Below the pieces are notes generated by a model. It did not search any database. It had not been told where the DNA came from and saw only the letters and a program-made list of their open reading frames with translations. From Chitinophagales bacterium (GTDB lineage: Bacteria > Bacteroidota > Bacteroidia > Chitinophagales > CAIODY01): a stretch of DNA of 64,000 nucleotides. Position 1 is the stretch's first letter, and each line of letters begins with the position of its first letter. Below, in pieces: positions 1-8,124 of this stretch. The stretch is from NCBI GenBank assembly GCA_947452995.1, contig CANGEV010000010.1:4182-68181 (forward strand). The letters are read 5' to 3'. A program made the position numbers and the translations under genes.

Positions 1-77
1 TCGAATTTGTCTGCTAAAAAATCAACGGATTCACTACCTATTAATCCGCCTGAGCCTGTTACGATTGCTACTTTCAT
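1..77 (-). CDS. NAD-dependent epimerase/dehydratase-like protein, first 25 codons only (gene runs off the window)
   Basis: The reverse complement of 1-77 translates to MKVAIVTGSGGLIGSESVDFLADKF, a Rossmann-type glycine-rich dinucleotide-binding N-terminus. The ATG is at 77-75, and a consensus promoter lies 18 nt upstream. Confidence 0.4.
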   Translation of the reverse strand, partial: MKVAIVTGSGGLIGSESVDFLADKF

Positions 78-95
78 TTTCTTTTGTTGAGAAAA

Positions 96-125
96 CAAAT
101 GTAACGATAATTATCAAATCCCAAA
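96..125 (-). promoter_or_regulatory. Bacteroidetes-type promoter for the partial epimerase gene
   Basis: On the minus strand this reads TTTG (125-122), an 18-nt spacer, then TACATTTG (103-96). That matches the -33 TTTG / -7 TAnnTTTG consensus. Confidence 0.5.
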
Positions 126-144
126 TTTACCAATTGATTAAAGG

Positions 145-186
145 CATAAAAAAATCCCACCGGACAACCACGAACCGGCGGGATTT
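145..186 (-). terminator. Rho-independent terminator-like hairpin with no annotated gene to terminate
   Basis: The stem 154-163 (ATCCCACCGG) pairs with 175-184 (CCGGCGGGAT) at 9 of 10 positions. On the minus strand a T-run follows (complement of the A-run at 147-153). Confidence 0.4.
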
Positions 187-300
187 AAAACAAATGTTTT
201 TTGATTAACCTCTGGTACAAATGTAGTTCCTGAACTGCCCTAAGAACATACGTAATCTCTCGTATTTAACTACTCCAATCCACCTAAAAATCAATCTTAA

Positions 301-420
301 TTCATCCTTTACTCTTCATCCTTCACTCCCGATAGCTTCTCATCGGGATCATTATTCACTATTAATTATTCATTATTCACTCTTCACTCTTCACTATTCA
401 TTATTCATTATCTTCGCACC
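301..420 (+). repeat. Composite intergenic repeat: pyrimidine-rich 7-nt-periodic tract, CCGAT/ATCGG hairpin, then nine heptads abutting the rpiB start
   Basis: The 5' part (301-326) is a 7-nt-periodic TTC-containing tract. The hairpin is TCCCGAT(327-333)/ATCGGGA(342-348). Heptads ATTATTC, ACTATTA, ATTATTC, ATTATTC, ACTCTTC, ACTCTTC, ACTATTC, ATTATTC, ATTATCT occupy 351-413. Confidence 0.8.
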
Positions 421-858
421 ATGTCTACTATAATTCCTATCGCAGCAGATCATGCAGGCTTCGCCTTGAAAGAACAATTAAAAGCTCATTTCGAAGCGAA
501 AGGCTGGTCGTTCAAAGACTTTGGCACCCATAGCACCGATTCTATGGATTATCCTGATGTGGCGCATCCACTCGCCGCTAGTGTCGAACATGGGGAGTTT
601 CCAAAAGGCATTCTTATTTGTGGTTCTGCACAAGGTGTAGCCATGTCGGCAAATCATCATGCCGGTGTTCGAGCCGCTGTATCTTGGTTACCTGAAATCG
701 CCTCATTGGCTCGTCAGCACAACGATGCAAACATCATTTGCTTGCCGGCACGTTTTATCACATTTGAACAGGCAGTCGAAATGATCGAAACGTTCTTTAA
801 TACTGCATTTGAAGGCGGCCGTCATCAAAATCGTGTAGATAAAATGATGAACTGCTAG
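421..858 (+). CDS. rpiB: Ribose-5-phosphate isomerase B
   Basis: 145 aa. The sequence has the RpiB/LacA/LacB pattern: IAADHAGFALKEQLK, GILICGSAQGVAMSANH, NIICLPARF, GGRHQNRVDKM. Confidence 0.92.
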   Translation: MSTIIPIAADHAGFALKEQLKAHFEAKGWSFKDFGTHSTDSMDYPDVAHPLAASVEHGEFPKGILICGSAQGVAMSANHHAGVRAAVSWLPEIASLARQHNDANIICLPARFITFEQAVEMIETFFNTAFEGGRHQNRVDKMMNC

Positions 859-861
859 TAG

Positions 862-1818
862 GTGCTTATGCTTCGTAAATTCTTACTCTTAGTGTTATTG
901 CTTGTCTTGGGCCTTACTTCGCTCGAGGCCAAACATGCTATTCGTAAAGTAAGGAAAGCTAAGAAATCCCAAATATCCCAAGGCGCCATCGATTCATTAT
1001 CTCCTGAGATGAAGCAGTTCTACATGAATGCCATTCTCAATAGCGACTCCACCAGCTACGACTCTATCTACTACGTAGCGCTCGATACGCTGCCGTTACA
1101 TACCATCGACTTTAAACAGAATATCTTTTTTCAAAATCACTTGCTCCGAGAGGAAATCGTTCAAAAACGTCCAGAATTCCCCTCTAACTACCTTTTCTAT
1201 TTTATAATCCTTCTAACGGGCGTGGTCGTTTTAGTTAAAACCTTTTTTACCAAATACCTCAACGACCTTTTCCGCTCCTTCTTAAATTTTCAAACAGCGC
1301 AACAAGTCATGCGACAGCAGGATCTTCGCTTTTCTTTCCCTGCTATCCTTTTAATGGGTAATTTCTATTTGGCACTTGGACTATTCTTCTTCTTAAATGG
1401 AAGCTACAATCATTATTTTCTCCTAAAACAATATTGGCTCTATCCTGTCTTTTCACTCTGTATAGCCGCATTCTTCTCCGTGAAAGTGTTCTTGTATCAG
1501 TTTTCAATAGCCCTATTTGCCCCTAAATCTGAGGTCCGGTCGATTGTTCAAATGGACTTTCTACTCGCTGAAGTGGCCGGAATTGTCCTTATCCCCTTAT
1601 TGCTGATCGTGGGCTTTGCGGATGCCAATGTTCGCTCTTATATGTGGTTAGGCGCTTGGATTTTGCTCGGTTTAATACTACTTTATCGGTATATATTGAG
1701 TTGGCGCATGGCAGGAAGCTTTTTGTTCAGTAATGTTTTGCATTTTATTGTGTATATTTGCTGCGTCGAAATAGCCCCCGTCCTTATTATCCTTAAGATA
1801 ATTCAAGGCTTTGTCTAG
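862..1818 (+). CDS. Multi-pass membrane protein, DUF4271-like
   Basis: 318 aa with a signal/TM N-terminus and several hydrophobic spans. Its position directly upstream of hemD matches the DUF4271-hemD pairing I recall in Bacteroidota. The start is GTG 862 or ATG 868. Confidence 0.55.
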   Translation: MLMLRKFLLLVLLLVLGLTSLEAKHAIRKVRKAKKSQISQGAIDSLSPEMKQFYMNAILNSDSTSYDSIYYVALDTLPLHTIDFKQNIFFQNHLLREEIVQKRPEFPSNYLFYFIILLTGVVVLVKTFFTKYLNDLFRSFLNFQTAQQVMRQQDLRFSFPAILLMGNFYLALGLFFFLNGSYNHYFLLKQYWLYPVFSLCIAAFFSVKVFLYQFSIALFAPKSEVRSIVQMDFLLAEVAGIVLIPLLLIVGFADANVRSYMWLGAWILLGLILLYRYILSWRMAGSFLFSNVLHFIVYICCVEIAPVLIILKIIQGFV

Positions 1819-1854
1819 CTCGTTTCTGGTAAAACCTTAAAAACACTTTGTACT

Positions 1855-2910
1855 GTGCCAACTGCGAAGAAAAAGTCAGTGAAAGCGGCCCCTAAAAAGG
1901 TAGCAGCCCCATCAAAGAAAACGGCTTCTAAGAAGTCAGCTCCTGTTAAGGCAGCCCCAAAGGCGAAACCCGAAGTTAAAAAGGCTTCTACCCCTTCCGC
2001 TAAATCAGCTGTAAAGCCTGTCGCAAAAGCCGCTATAGTAACAGCTCCTGTTGTTAAAGTAGAGCCGATCGTCGTTCGTATTCCCGCTGCTTCATCTAGT
2101 AAGAAAAAAATACCAGCAGCCATTTTGCCTTCAAAACCAGCTTTTGATGGTTTAGATGGTAAGCCTGTTCGTAATATCCTTGTTACTCAACCTCGCCCTG
2201 AAAACGATAAATCTCCTTATTTCGACATCGCTCGTCGTTATAAACTGAATATCGACTTCCGTCCGTTTTTTGAAATTCAAGGTGTAACAGCCAAGGACTT
2301 CCGCCGCTATCGCATTCAAATGCATGAGCACTCTGCGATCATCTTTACCTCTCGTAATGCGGTAGATCACTTCTTCCGTATCATAACAGAGATGAAGACG
2401 CCTATCAGCAGCGAAATGAAGTACTTCTGTACAACGGAAGCAATTGGATTGTATCTGCAAAAATTCATCCAGTATCGCAAGCGTAAGGTGTTTTATGGCG
2501 ATGGCTCTATGAAAGATCTTTTGCATCTTATCTCTAAACATAAAGATGGCGAACGTTATCTTTTGCCTTGTGGAGATACACCAAATGCAGATATCACCAA
2601 TTACCTGAAAGCACATAATTACGATTATATCGAAGCATTATGCTTCCGTAATACGCCTTGTTCAATAAAAGATATTAAAGTTGAAAACTACGATCTAATC
2701 GTATTCTTCAGCCCAAGTGGATTAGAAGCGCTATTGCAAAACTTCCCTAAGTTTAAACAAAAAGGAATTAAGTTTGGCGCCTTCGGAACTGCCACCTGTC
2801 AAGCCATCAAAGATCAAGGCTTCGCACTCCACCTTCCTGGGCCGCAAGCAGGATTACCTTCTATGTCGTCGGTAATCGAAGCGTATCTGAAAGAAAATAA
2901 AGTGAAATAA
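1855..2910 (+). CDS. hemD: Uroporphyrinogen-III synthase with a ~100-aa Lys/Ala/Pro-rich (histone H1-like) N-terminal extension
   Basis: 351 aa. The C-terminal ~250 aa is HemD-like (NILVTQPRPENDKSPYF, AIIFTSRNAVDHFFRI, LIVFFSPSGLEAL). The N-terminus is AKKKSVKAAPKKVAAPSKKTASKKSAPVKAAPKAKPEVKK. GTG starts at 1855, and there is no in-frame ATG before the HemD domain. Confidence 0.7.
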   Translation: MPTAKKKSVKAAPKKVAAPSKKTASKKSAPVKAAPKAKPEVKKASTPSAKSAVKPVAKAAIVTAPVVKVEPIVVRIPAASSSKKKIPAAILPSKPAFDGLDGKPVRNILVTQPRPENDKSPYFDIARRYKLNIDFRPFFEIQGVTAKDFRRYRIQMHEHSAIIFTSRNAVDHFFRIITEMKTPISSEMKYFCTTEAIGLYLQKFIQYRKRKVFYGDGSMKDLLHLISKHKDGERYLLPCGDTPNADITNYLKAHNYDYIEALCFRNTPCSIKDIKVENYDLIVFFSPSGLEALLQNFPKFKQKGIKFGAFGTATCQAIKDQGFALHLPGPQAGLPSMSSVIEAYLKENKVK

Positions 2911-2930
2911 AATTCTTCTATATTTTTGCT

Positions 2931-2962
2931 AAAATGCCTCACCTCGGTGGGGCATTTTTTTT
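2931..2962. terminator. Bidirectional rho-independent terminator between convergent genes
   Basis: The hairpin ATGCCTCAC(934-942)/GTGGGGCAT(947-955) has a 4-nt loop. It is flanked by an A-run and a T-run (955-962). Confidence 0.7.
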
Positions 2963-5900
2963 AAAAGTCAGTACTCAAGGAAATATACGTCATGCGAGGC
3001 AATACCTTGCCGTTCTCAACTCCTCGTGCAAAATCTAATCGCACATAATATCCAAACCATGTCGTGCGCATCCCCCAACCATAACCACCAATAATCGGAT
3101 TGCGGAAATAATTCACCTCTACCGTCACCGGCTCTTTCACAATCTTATCCGTAAATGAAAGCTTCGCCTGATCACTTAACGGACTAGGCCCTACCCATGC
3201 GCTCCCAACGTCGCCGAAGAAAATCAACTGAAAATTCTTGGCCCAATTATTTTTGATAGGCGTCTTACGGAAACTTGCAAATAAAGGAAAACGAATCTCT
3301 GAATTGATCACCGCATAATTGCTGCCATTTCTTGCATTATACGGGAAACCACGCAAATTCGTAGCCAATGTTTGAAAAGCATATGCACTCGCATTATTAA
3401 CAGGATTACTGCTGTTGAATTTCGTTCCTCCTCCAAGCCACCACGCGTCTACACCACCTAAATAATATAACATCTTGTCCTTCCCAAAGGATGCACTGCC
3501 CGCCAATCGATTCGCCCAAATAACATTCTTCCAAATAGGATAATAATAACGAATATCACATCCCACAAAACCAAAATAATGCGAACGATCCTGTGCCATT
3601 TGTTGCATCTCTACAAATACCTTCCCGCGTAATCCCTTGTAAATATTCAATCCCGGATTACGTGTATTGTCTTGCACCACCTCGGCACGTAAGATGCCCC
3701 AGGTCTCTTTATCCGACTTCGCATTCAACGTTTGTGGCATCGTCGATAAATACTCGTATCGATCATGACGAATTGCTGTGTATGCGTTAAAATGCCTGAA
3801 CTCATCGAATGGATAGGTAAAGACTGCTTCATAATAATTCGACTTATAACGCGTCTTATAGGGATTATCATCAAGCCCTAATAAAGTAGAAATGAAATTT
3901 ACATTCGACTGACTCTGTCTATAATACGTATAACGCTTATCCCAACGCTTATGTAAATCGTAAAAGCGTAAATAGAATTTTAGATTATTAAAACTCGATG
4001 CAGTATTGATCGCGGCCGACCATTGATAATCTTCTAAAACATCTTTCATATCGATGCCAGTCCACAAAGTAAGGGAAGGCAACTGATAGGACGGCGTCCC
4101 AAAAAATGGTTGATAGACATGGTTAAAAAGAGTGCCTTTATCTACTCTCGAAAATACATTACTAGTATATAAATGCAATCGATAAGGAATTGATTTGCTC
4201 GCCTCCACTTTCATTTTCTTCGGCAACTTCGATACAGAATCACTTCTGAGAAAAGAATTGTTTTCCCACGGCATGACAAACTCACTTTGGAAAATAGCAT
4301 CTACATGACTATTATGAAGCGTACTATCATAAGGCAGCGGTTCGATTGATGGCGACTTCGCTTCTTCTTCGTCATAACCAATCAGCTCTTTCTTTTCCTC
4401 TGGTAATAAACTCTTCTTTCTGAAAGCCGTCAAACTAAGTGGCTCACGCTCCTTTATCGTCATGCTGTCTCGTATCGGAATTCTAAAATAGACTGGATTC
4501 CCTTTTTCTAATAACGACTCTAACACAAACTTTCCTTTGTACTGCCCATCCTGCGCTTCGATATTGTACGCGTAATTAGTATAAGGTACACTCACGAAAG
4601 TGTCTCTATAAATGGCAAGCGTTTGAATAGAATCAATCAAGGTATTCGGCCAATGAATTAAGCTGTCTGTAGGAGTATAGCGCGGATTGGCGACCATTGA
4701 ATCTTTGAAATAGACAATGCTATCTGTCCGAACAAAAATACTGTCTCGATACGCTAGATAACGATTGGCAATACCATTCTTATCGCTGATATATGCTAAC
4801 AAGCGCTTGCTATATTGTATCGGTTGTTCTTCTTCATACATTGAAGTGTTGGTGACACGGGTCAACGTTTTTTTTGCAAGATCGTAAAAGAAGATATCAT
4901 AATTCGCTATCTGTAAAGTAGTATCCTGAGGGCGTTTGCGAATCGAATCATTCGCGCGATTGCTGGCAAAAGCAATTCCTCGTTTCCCGTTTAAATTGAC
5001 GTAAGCCGGATTTTTATCATCCCATAAATCATCCGTTATCGTGCTTATTTTTCCTGTTTGTGGATTATACAAATAGATGTCACTGTAAGCCGTTTTAACG
5101 GCCGTTACAAGTAAAGTGCTTTTGTCGATGCCTGGCTGCACATCAATTATTTTAGAAAAGGTATTGCTCTGTACAATTACTTTTTTCTTCTTTTCTGAAT
5201 CGTAACTAAGGATATAATACTTCTTGTTGTATTGATAAAAACAATAAAGCGTTTTTCCGCCGTTATCCCAAGTGAAAACTGGATTATAAGCGTCTTGCGG
5301 TAGCATAGAATTTGGAAGTCCCTTTTGCAATAGCTTAATTTTGTCTTTTTCAACTGCCTGAACATAGAGCTTGTAACGCCCATTATAACGAGTTAAAAAG
5401 GCAATGTACTCACCGTTAGCACTTAATTTAGCAATTGATCGGGTTTCTTTTTTGCTTGTCTTTACTGCAACCCTATTCTTGTCTGCAGGTCGTTTACGTG
5501 GCGTACTCTCCTTGAAACGTTTTTCAAAATAATTGAACCAGTCTTGATAAGTCCCCTTGCTATCCTTATTTAAAACAAACAAAAAGCCCGACTCCATACT
5601 CCGATTAATACGCGTGATATACAACAAATTTCCCATTGTACTCGCATCATAATTTTCTTTTACGTAATACCAAAAGGATTTGCCTAAAAAGGTAGGATCC
5701 ATCGCCATTAAATCCCAAAACGAATGTATCACCTCACGATTGAATAAATCACGCAAGCGATTGTCATCATCCACCGTCCAATTACACGCCGTATATTTTA
5801 CAATTCCATCTACGTACCAATCCGGAAGATCGAATAAGAGTGCATTCTGTACCACCTCTTGCACATTGCTACCAAACAAAACATTTTGCATCATTACACG

Positions 5901-6344
5901 TGCAATGCCTTCTCTAATTTGTTGGTCGAGGTGTTGATGATCACCATCGAAATAGACCATAATCTTATTGCCAATCACCCTTGTAGTCCCACCCGTATTG
6001 TAGTTGACATCATCGGGCACATACCCTAAATTGCTTTGTACATAATCAGATATATCACCAAAAACAAGCAACTCAATTTTGCCGTTATAAATATATTGAA
6101 GCGTAGTTCGTATTTCGGCGAGGTTTTTCTCCGCATCATTCATCACAAATTTCGCCAGAGGAAAACCGCCTGTAGAATAATGAATGGAGAAGTTGGTCGT
6201 TTCAACCGTATTCCAGCTAAATGGAGTAAACTGAACCCTTCGTTGCCCAAACTGTTCAAAGCTCGTTTGTGCCATACCAAAATGCATCCAAATCAGGAGG
6301 GGCAGTAGGGCAATAGCTAGTTTTTTGAACAATTGTGACATCAA
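2961..6344 (-). CDS. Large outer-membrane protein with TolB-like (PD40/WD40-like) beta-propeller repeats and a C-terminal Omp85/surface-antigen-type barrel
   Basis: 1127 aa with a signal peptide (LLIWMHFGMAQ). The middle carries PD40-like repeats (SANGEYIAFLTRYNGRYKLYV, YDIFFYDLAKKTLTRVTN, LAYISDKNGIANRY). The C-terminus (FGDVGSAW, GYGWGMR, YVRLDFA, ending in STDF) is typical of beta-barrels. Confidence 0.55.
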   Translation of the reverse strand: MMSQLFKKLAIALLPLLIWMHFGMAQTSFEQFGQRRVQFTPFSWNTVETTNFSIHYSTGGFPLAKFVMNDAEKNLAEIRTTLQYIYNGKIELLVFGDISDYVQSNLGYVPDDVNYNTGGTTRVIGNKIMVYFDGDHQHLDQQIREGIARVMMQNVLFGSNVQEVVQNALLFDLPDWYVDGIVKYTACNWTVDDDNRLRDLFNREVIHSFWDLMAMDPTFLGKSFWYYVKENYDASTMGNLLYITRINRSMESGFLFVLNKDSKGTYQDWFNYFEKRFKESTPRKRPADKNRVAVKTSKKETRSIAKLSANGEYIAFLTRYNGRYKLYVQAVEKDKIKLLQKGLPNSMLPQDAYNPVFTWDNGGKTLYCFYQYNKKYYILSYDSEKKKKVIVQSNTFSKIIDVQPGIDKSTLLVTAVKTAYSDIYLYNPQTGKISTITDDLWDDKNPAYVNLNGKRGIAFASNRANDSIRKRPQDTTLQIANYDIFFYDLAKKTLTRVTNTSMYEEEQPIQYSKRLLAYISDKNGIANRYLAYRDSIFVRTDSIVYFKDSMVANPRYTPTDSLIHWPNTLIDSIQTLAIYRDTFVSVPYTNYAYNIEAQDGQYKGKFVLESLLEKGNPVYFRIPIRDSMTIKEREPLSLTAFRKKSLLPEEKKELIGYDEEEAKSPSIEPLPYDSTLHNSHVDAIFQSEFVMPWENNSFLRSDSVSKLPKKMKVEASKSIPYRLHLYTSNVFSRVDKGTLFNHVYQPFFGTPSYQLPSLTLWTGIDMKDVLEDYQWSAAINTASSFNNLKFYLRFYDLHKRWDKRYTYYRQSQSNVNFISTLLGLDDNPYKTRYKSNYYEAVFTYPFDEFRHFNAYTAIRHDRYEYLSTMPQTLNAKSDKETWGILRAEVVQDNTRNPGLNIYKGLRGKVFVEMQQMAQDRSHYFGFVGCDIRYYYPIWKNVIWANRLAGSASFGKDKMLYYLGGVDAWWLGGGTKFNSSNPVNNASAYAFQTLATNLRGFPYNARNGSNYAVINSEIRFPLFASFRKTPIKNNWAKNFQLIFFGDVGSAWVGPSPLSDQAKLSFTDKIVKEPVTVEVNYFRNPIIGGYGWGMRTTWFGYYVRLDFARGVENGKVLPRMTYISLSTDF

Positions 6345-6482
6345 TTAAAGGTACAAAGAAAATGCTGTTTAGGGTAGCACTCCAAACGATAATTCGTTTA
6401 GGGACTGTTAACAATACTTTACGGATAAATCAAACAAAATCTGACCTTAATTTGTTATTTCGTAACACGAAATTTCTTTTCT

Positions 6483-8123
6483 ATGGAATCTACTAAACAA
6501 TCATCCCTTACGCGTTTCTGGGCCCTTTTTACAAAATCGAAAGGCGACCTACGCGATGTTTATTTATATGCTATCTTAATTGGTTTAGTACAACTAAGTT
6601 TTCCTCTTGGTATACAAGCTTTGTTAAACTTCGTGCTTGGTGGCAGGATGGTGAGTTCTTTATATCTACTGATTTTTTTCATCATTCTTGGGGTTAGCCT
6701 ATCAGGACTTTTTCAATTAAAGCAGATGAAAATAATAGAGCGTATTCAGCAAGTACTTTTCGTCGATTATGCACAAGCCTTTGCTGCTTTTTTACCTAAA
6801 ATCGATCTGCAGAAAAATGACGGCGTCTATTGGCCTGAGAAAGTAAATAGAATGTTTGAAGTTGTAAGCCTCCAGAAAAGCATTTCTAAAATGTTTCTAG
6901 AAATACCTATTGCGATTATTCAAATTTTGTTCGGTTTAATACTTGTTTCTATTTACCACCCAGCATTTATCGTCTTCGGTATAATTCTTCTCTTAATCGT
7001 AATCTTATTAGTACGTCTTACTTTTAACGCTGGATTAAATACCAACACAAAAGAAAGTACCTATAAGTATGAAGTAATCGCTTGGTTTGAAGAAATGGCT
7101 CGCGTCATAAAATCATTTAAATATAGTAATGGCACCAACCTCAATTTTCAAAAGACGGATGCTAACGTAACGAATTATTTGCAAGCCCGAACATCCCATT
7201 TTAAAGTTCTTTTAGTGCAATATCGCGCACTCGTAGTCTTTAAAGTTTTAATCATCGCCGGACTTCTAATCATCGGTACTTTTTTAATGCTTAACAATAA
7301 ATTGAATATCGGAGCTTTTGTTGCTGCCGAAATTGCAATCGTAGTCGTTATTGCCGCTGTTGAGAAATTAATGTCTAGCTTGGAAAGTTTATATGATGCT
7401 TTCACTAGTTTGGAAAAAATTGATTACGTGTTGAACGCAAGTGTAGAAAAAGCAGGAAGCTTGAAATTTGCTAATACCGGAAGAGGTGTCCAAATTCAAA
7501 TAAAAGACCTATCATTCACCTATAATACCAAAGAAGAACCTGCTCTTAAAAAAGTAAATGTATCAATTCCTGCCGGCGTCCGCGCCGCGATTATTGGTGA
7601 AGATGGTGTTGGTAAAACAACCCTATTAAAAGTACTAACAGGTTCCTATCAAAATTTCGAAGGCAATATTTTAATCAATGATATTCCATTGAAAAATTTT
7701 GAACTAGATTCCTATCGTAATCGACTCGGTATTTTTCTGAATAACATGGAAATCTTTAATGGATCCTTGTTAGAAAACATAACCCTTGGTCGTTCCGATA
7801 TTTCAACGGATGAAATTGTAAGCCTCATTCAAAAATTAGGCTTCCAACATTTCTTGGATCATTTTGAACGTGGTTTTGATACTCCTTTAGAGCCACTCGG
7901 TAAAAGATGGTCGTCCACTATCATTCTTCAAATAATGCTTCTCCGTGCTTTTTGTGTTAAGGGCGAGCTATTGCTCATGGAAGAGCCCTGGTTAGGTATG
8001 GATGAAAAATTAAAAAATAATATCATCCGTTTTCTGATGGAGGAATTAAAAAATACAACTGTTATCATCGTTACCAATGATGGAAAATATCTTGCTAACT
8101 GCCAAACTATAATTCATCTATAA
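6483..8123 (+). CDS. ABC exporter half-transporter (TMD-NBD) with a degenerate nucleotide-binding domain
   Basis: 546 aa with an N-terminal six-helix exporter-type TMD. Walker A is GEDGVGKTT. The LSGGQ position reads RWSST, Walker B reads LLLMEEP, and the H-loop position reads VTNDG. Confidence 0.8.
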   Translation: MESTKQSSLTRFWALFTKSKGDLRDVYLYAILIGLVQLSFPLGIQALLNFVLGGRMVSSLYLLIFFIILGVSLSGLFQLKQMKIIERIQQVLFVDYAQAFAAFLPKIDLQKNDGVYWPEKVNRMFEVVSLQKSISKMFLEIPIAIIQILFGLILVSIYHPAFIVFGIILLLIVILLVRLTFNAGLNTNTKESTYKYEVIAWFEEMARVIKSFKYSNGTNLNFQKTDANVTNYLQARTSHFKVLLVQYRALVVFKVLIIAGLLIIGTFLMLNNKLNIGAFVAAEIAIVVVIAAVEKLMSSLESLYDAFTSLEKIDYVLNASVEKAGSLKFANTGRGVQIQIKDLSFTYNTKEEPALKKVNVSIPAGVRAAIIGEDGVGKTTLLKVLTGSYQNFEGNILINDIPLKNFELDSYRNRLGIFLNNMEIFNGSLLENITLGRSDISTDEIVSLIQKLGFQHFLDHFERGFDTPLEPLGKRWSSTIILQIMLLRAFCVKGELLLMEEPWLGMDEKLKNNIIRFLMEELKNTTVIIVTNDGKYLANCQTIIHL

Positions 8124-8124
8124 T

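Noticed and set aside
1815-2123. 102-aa minus-strand ORF rich in Ala, Gly, Phe and Thr
   Set aside because: It is the mirror frame of the Lys/Ala/Pro-rich hemD extension. GCN/AAR-rich coding sequence keeps the antisense frame open. It has no independent start context and overlaps the end of the DUF4271 gene.
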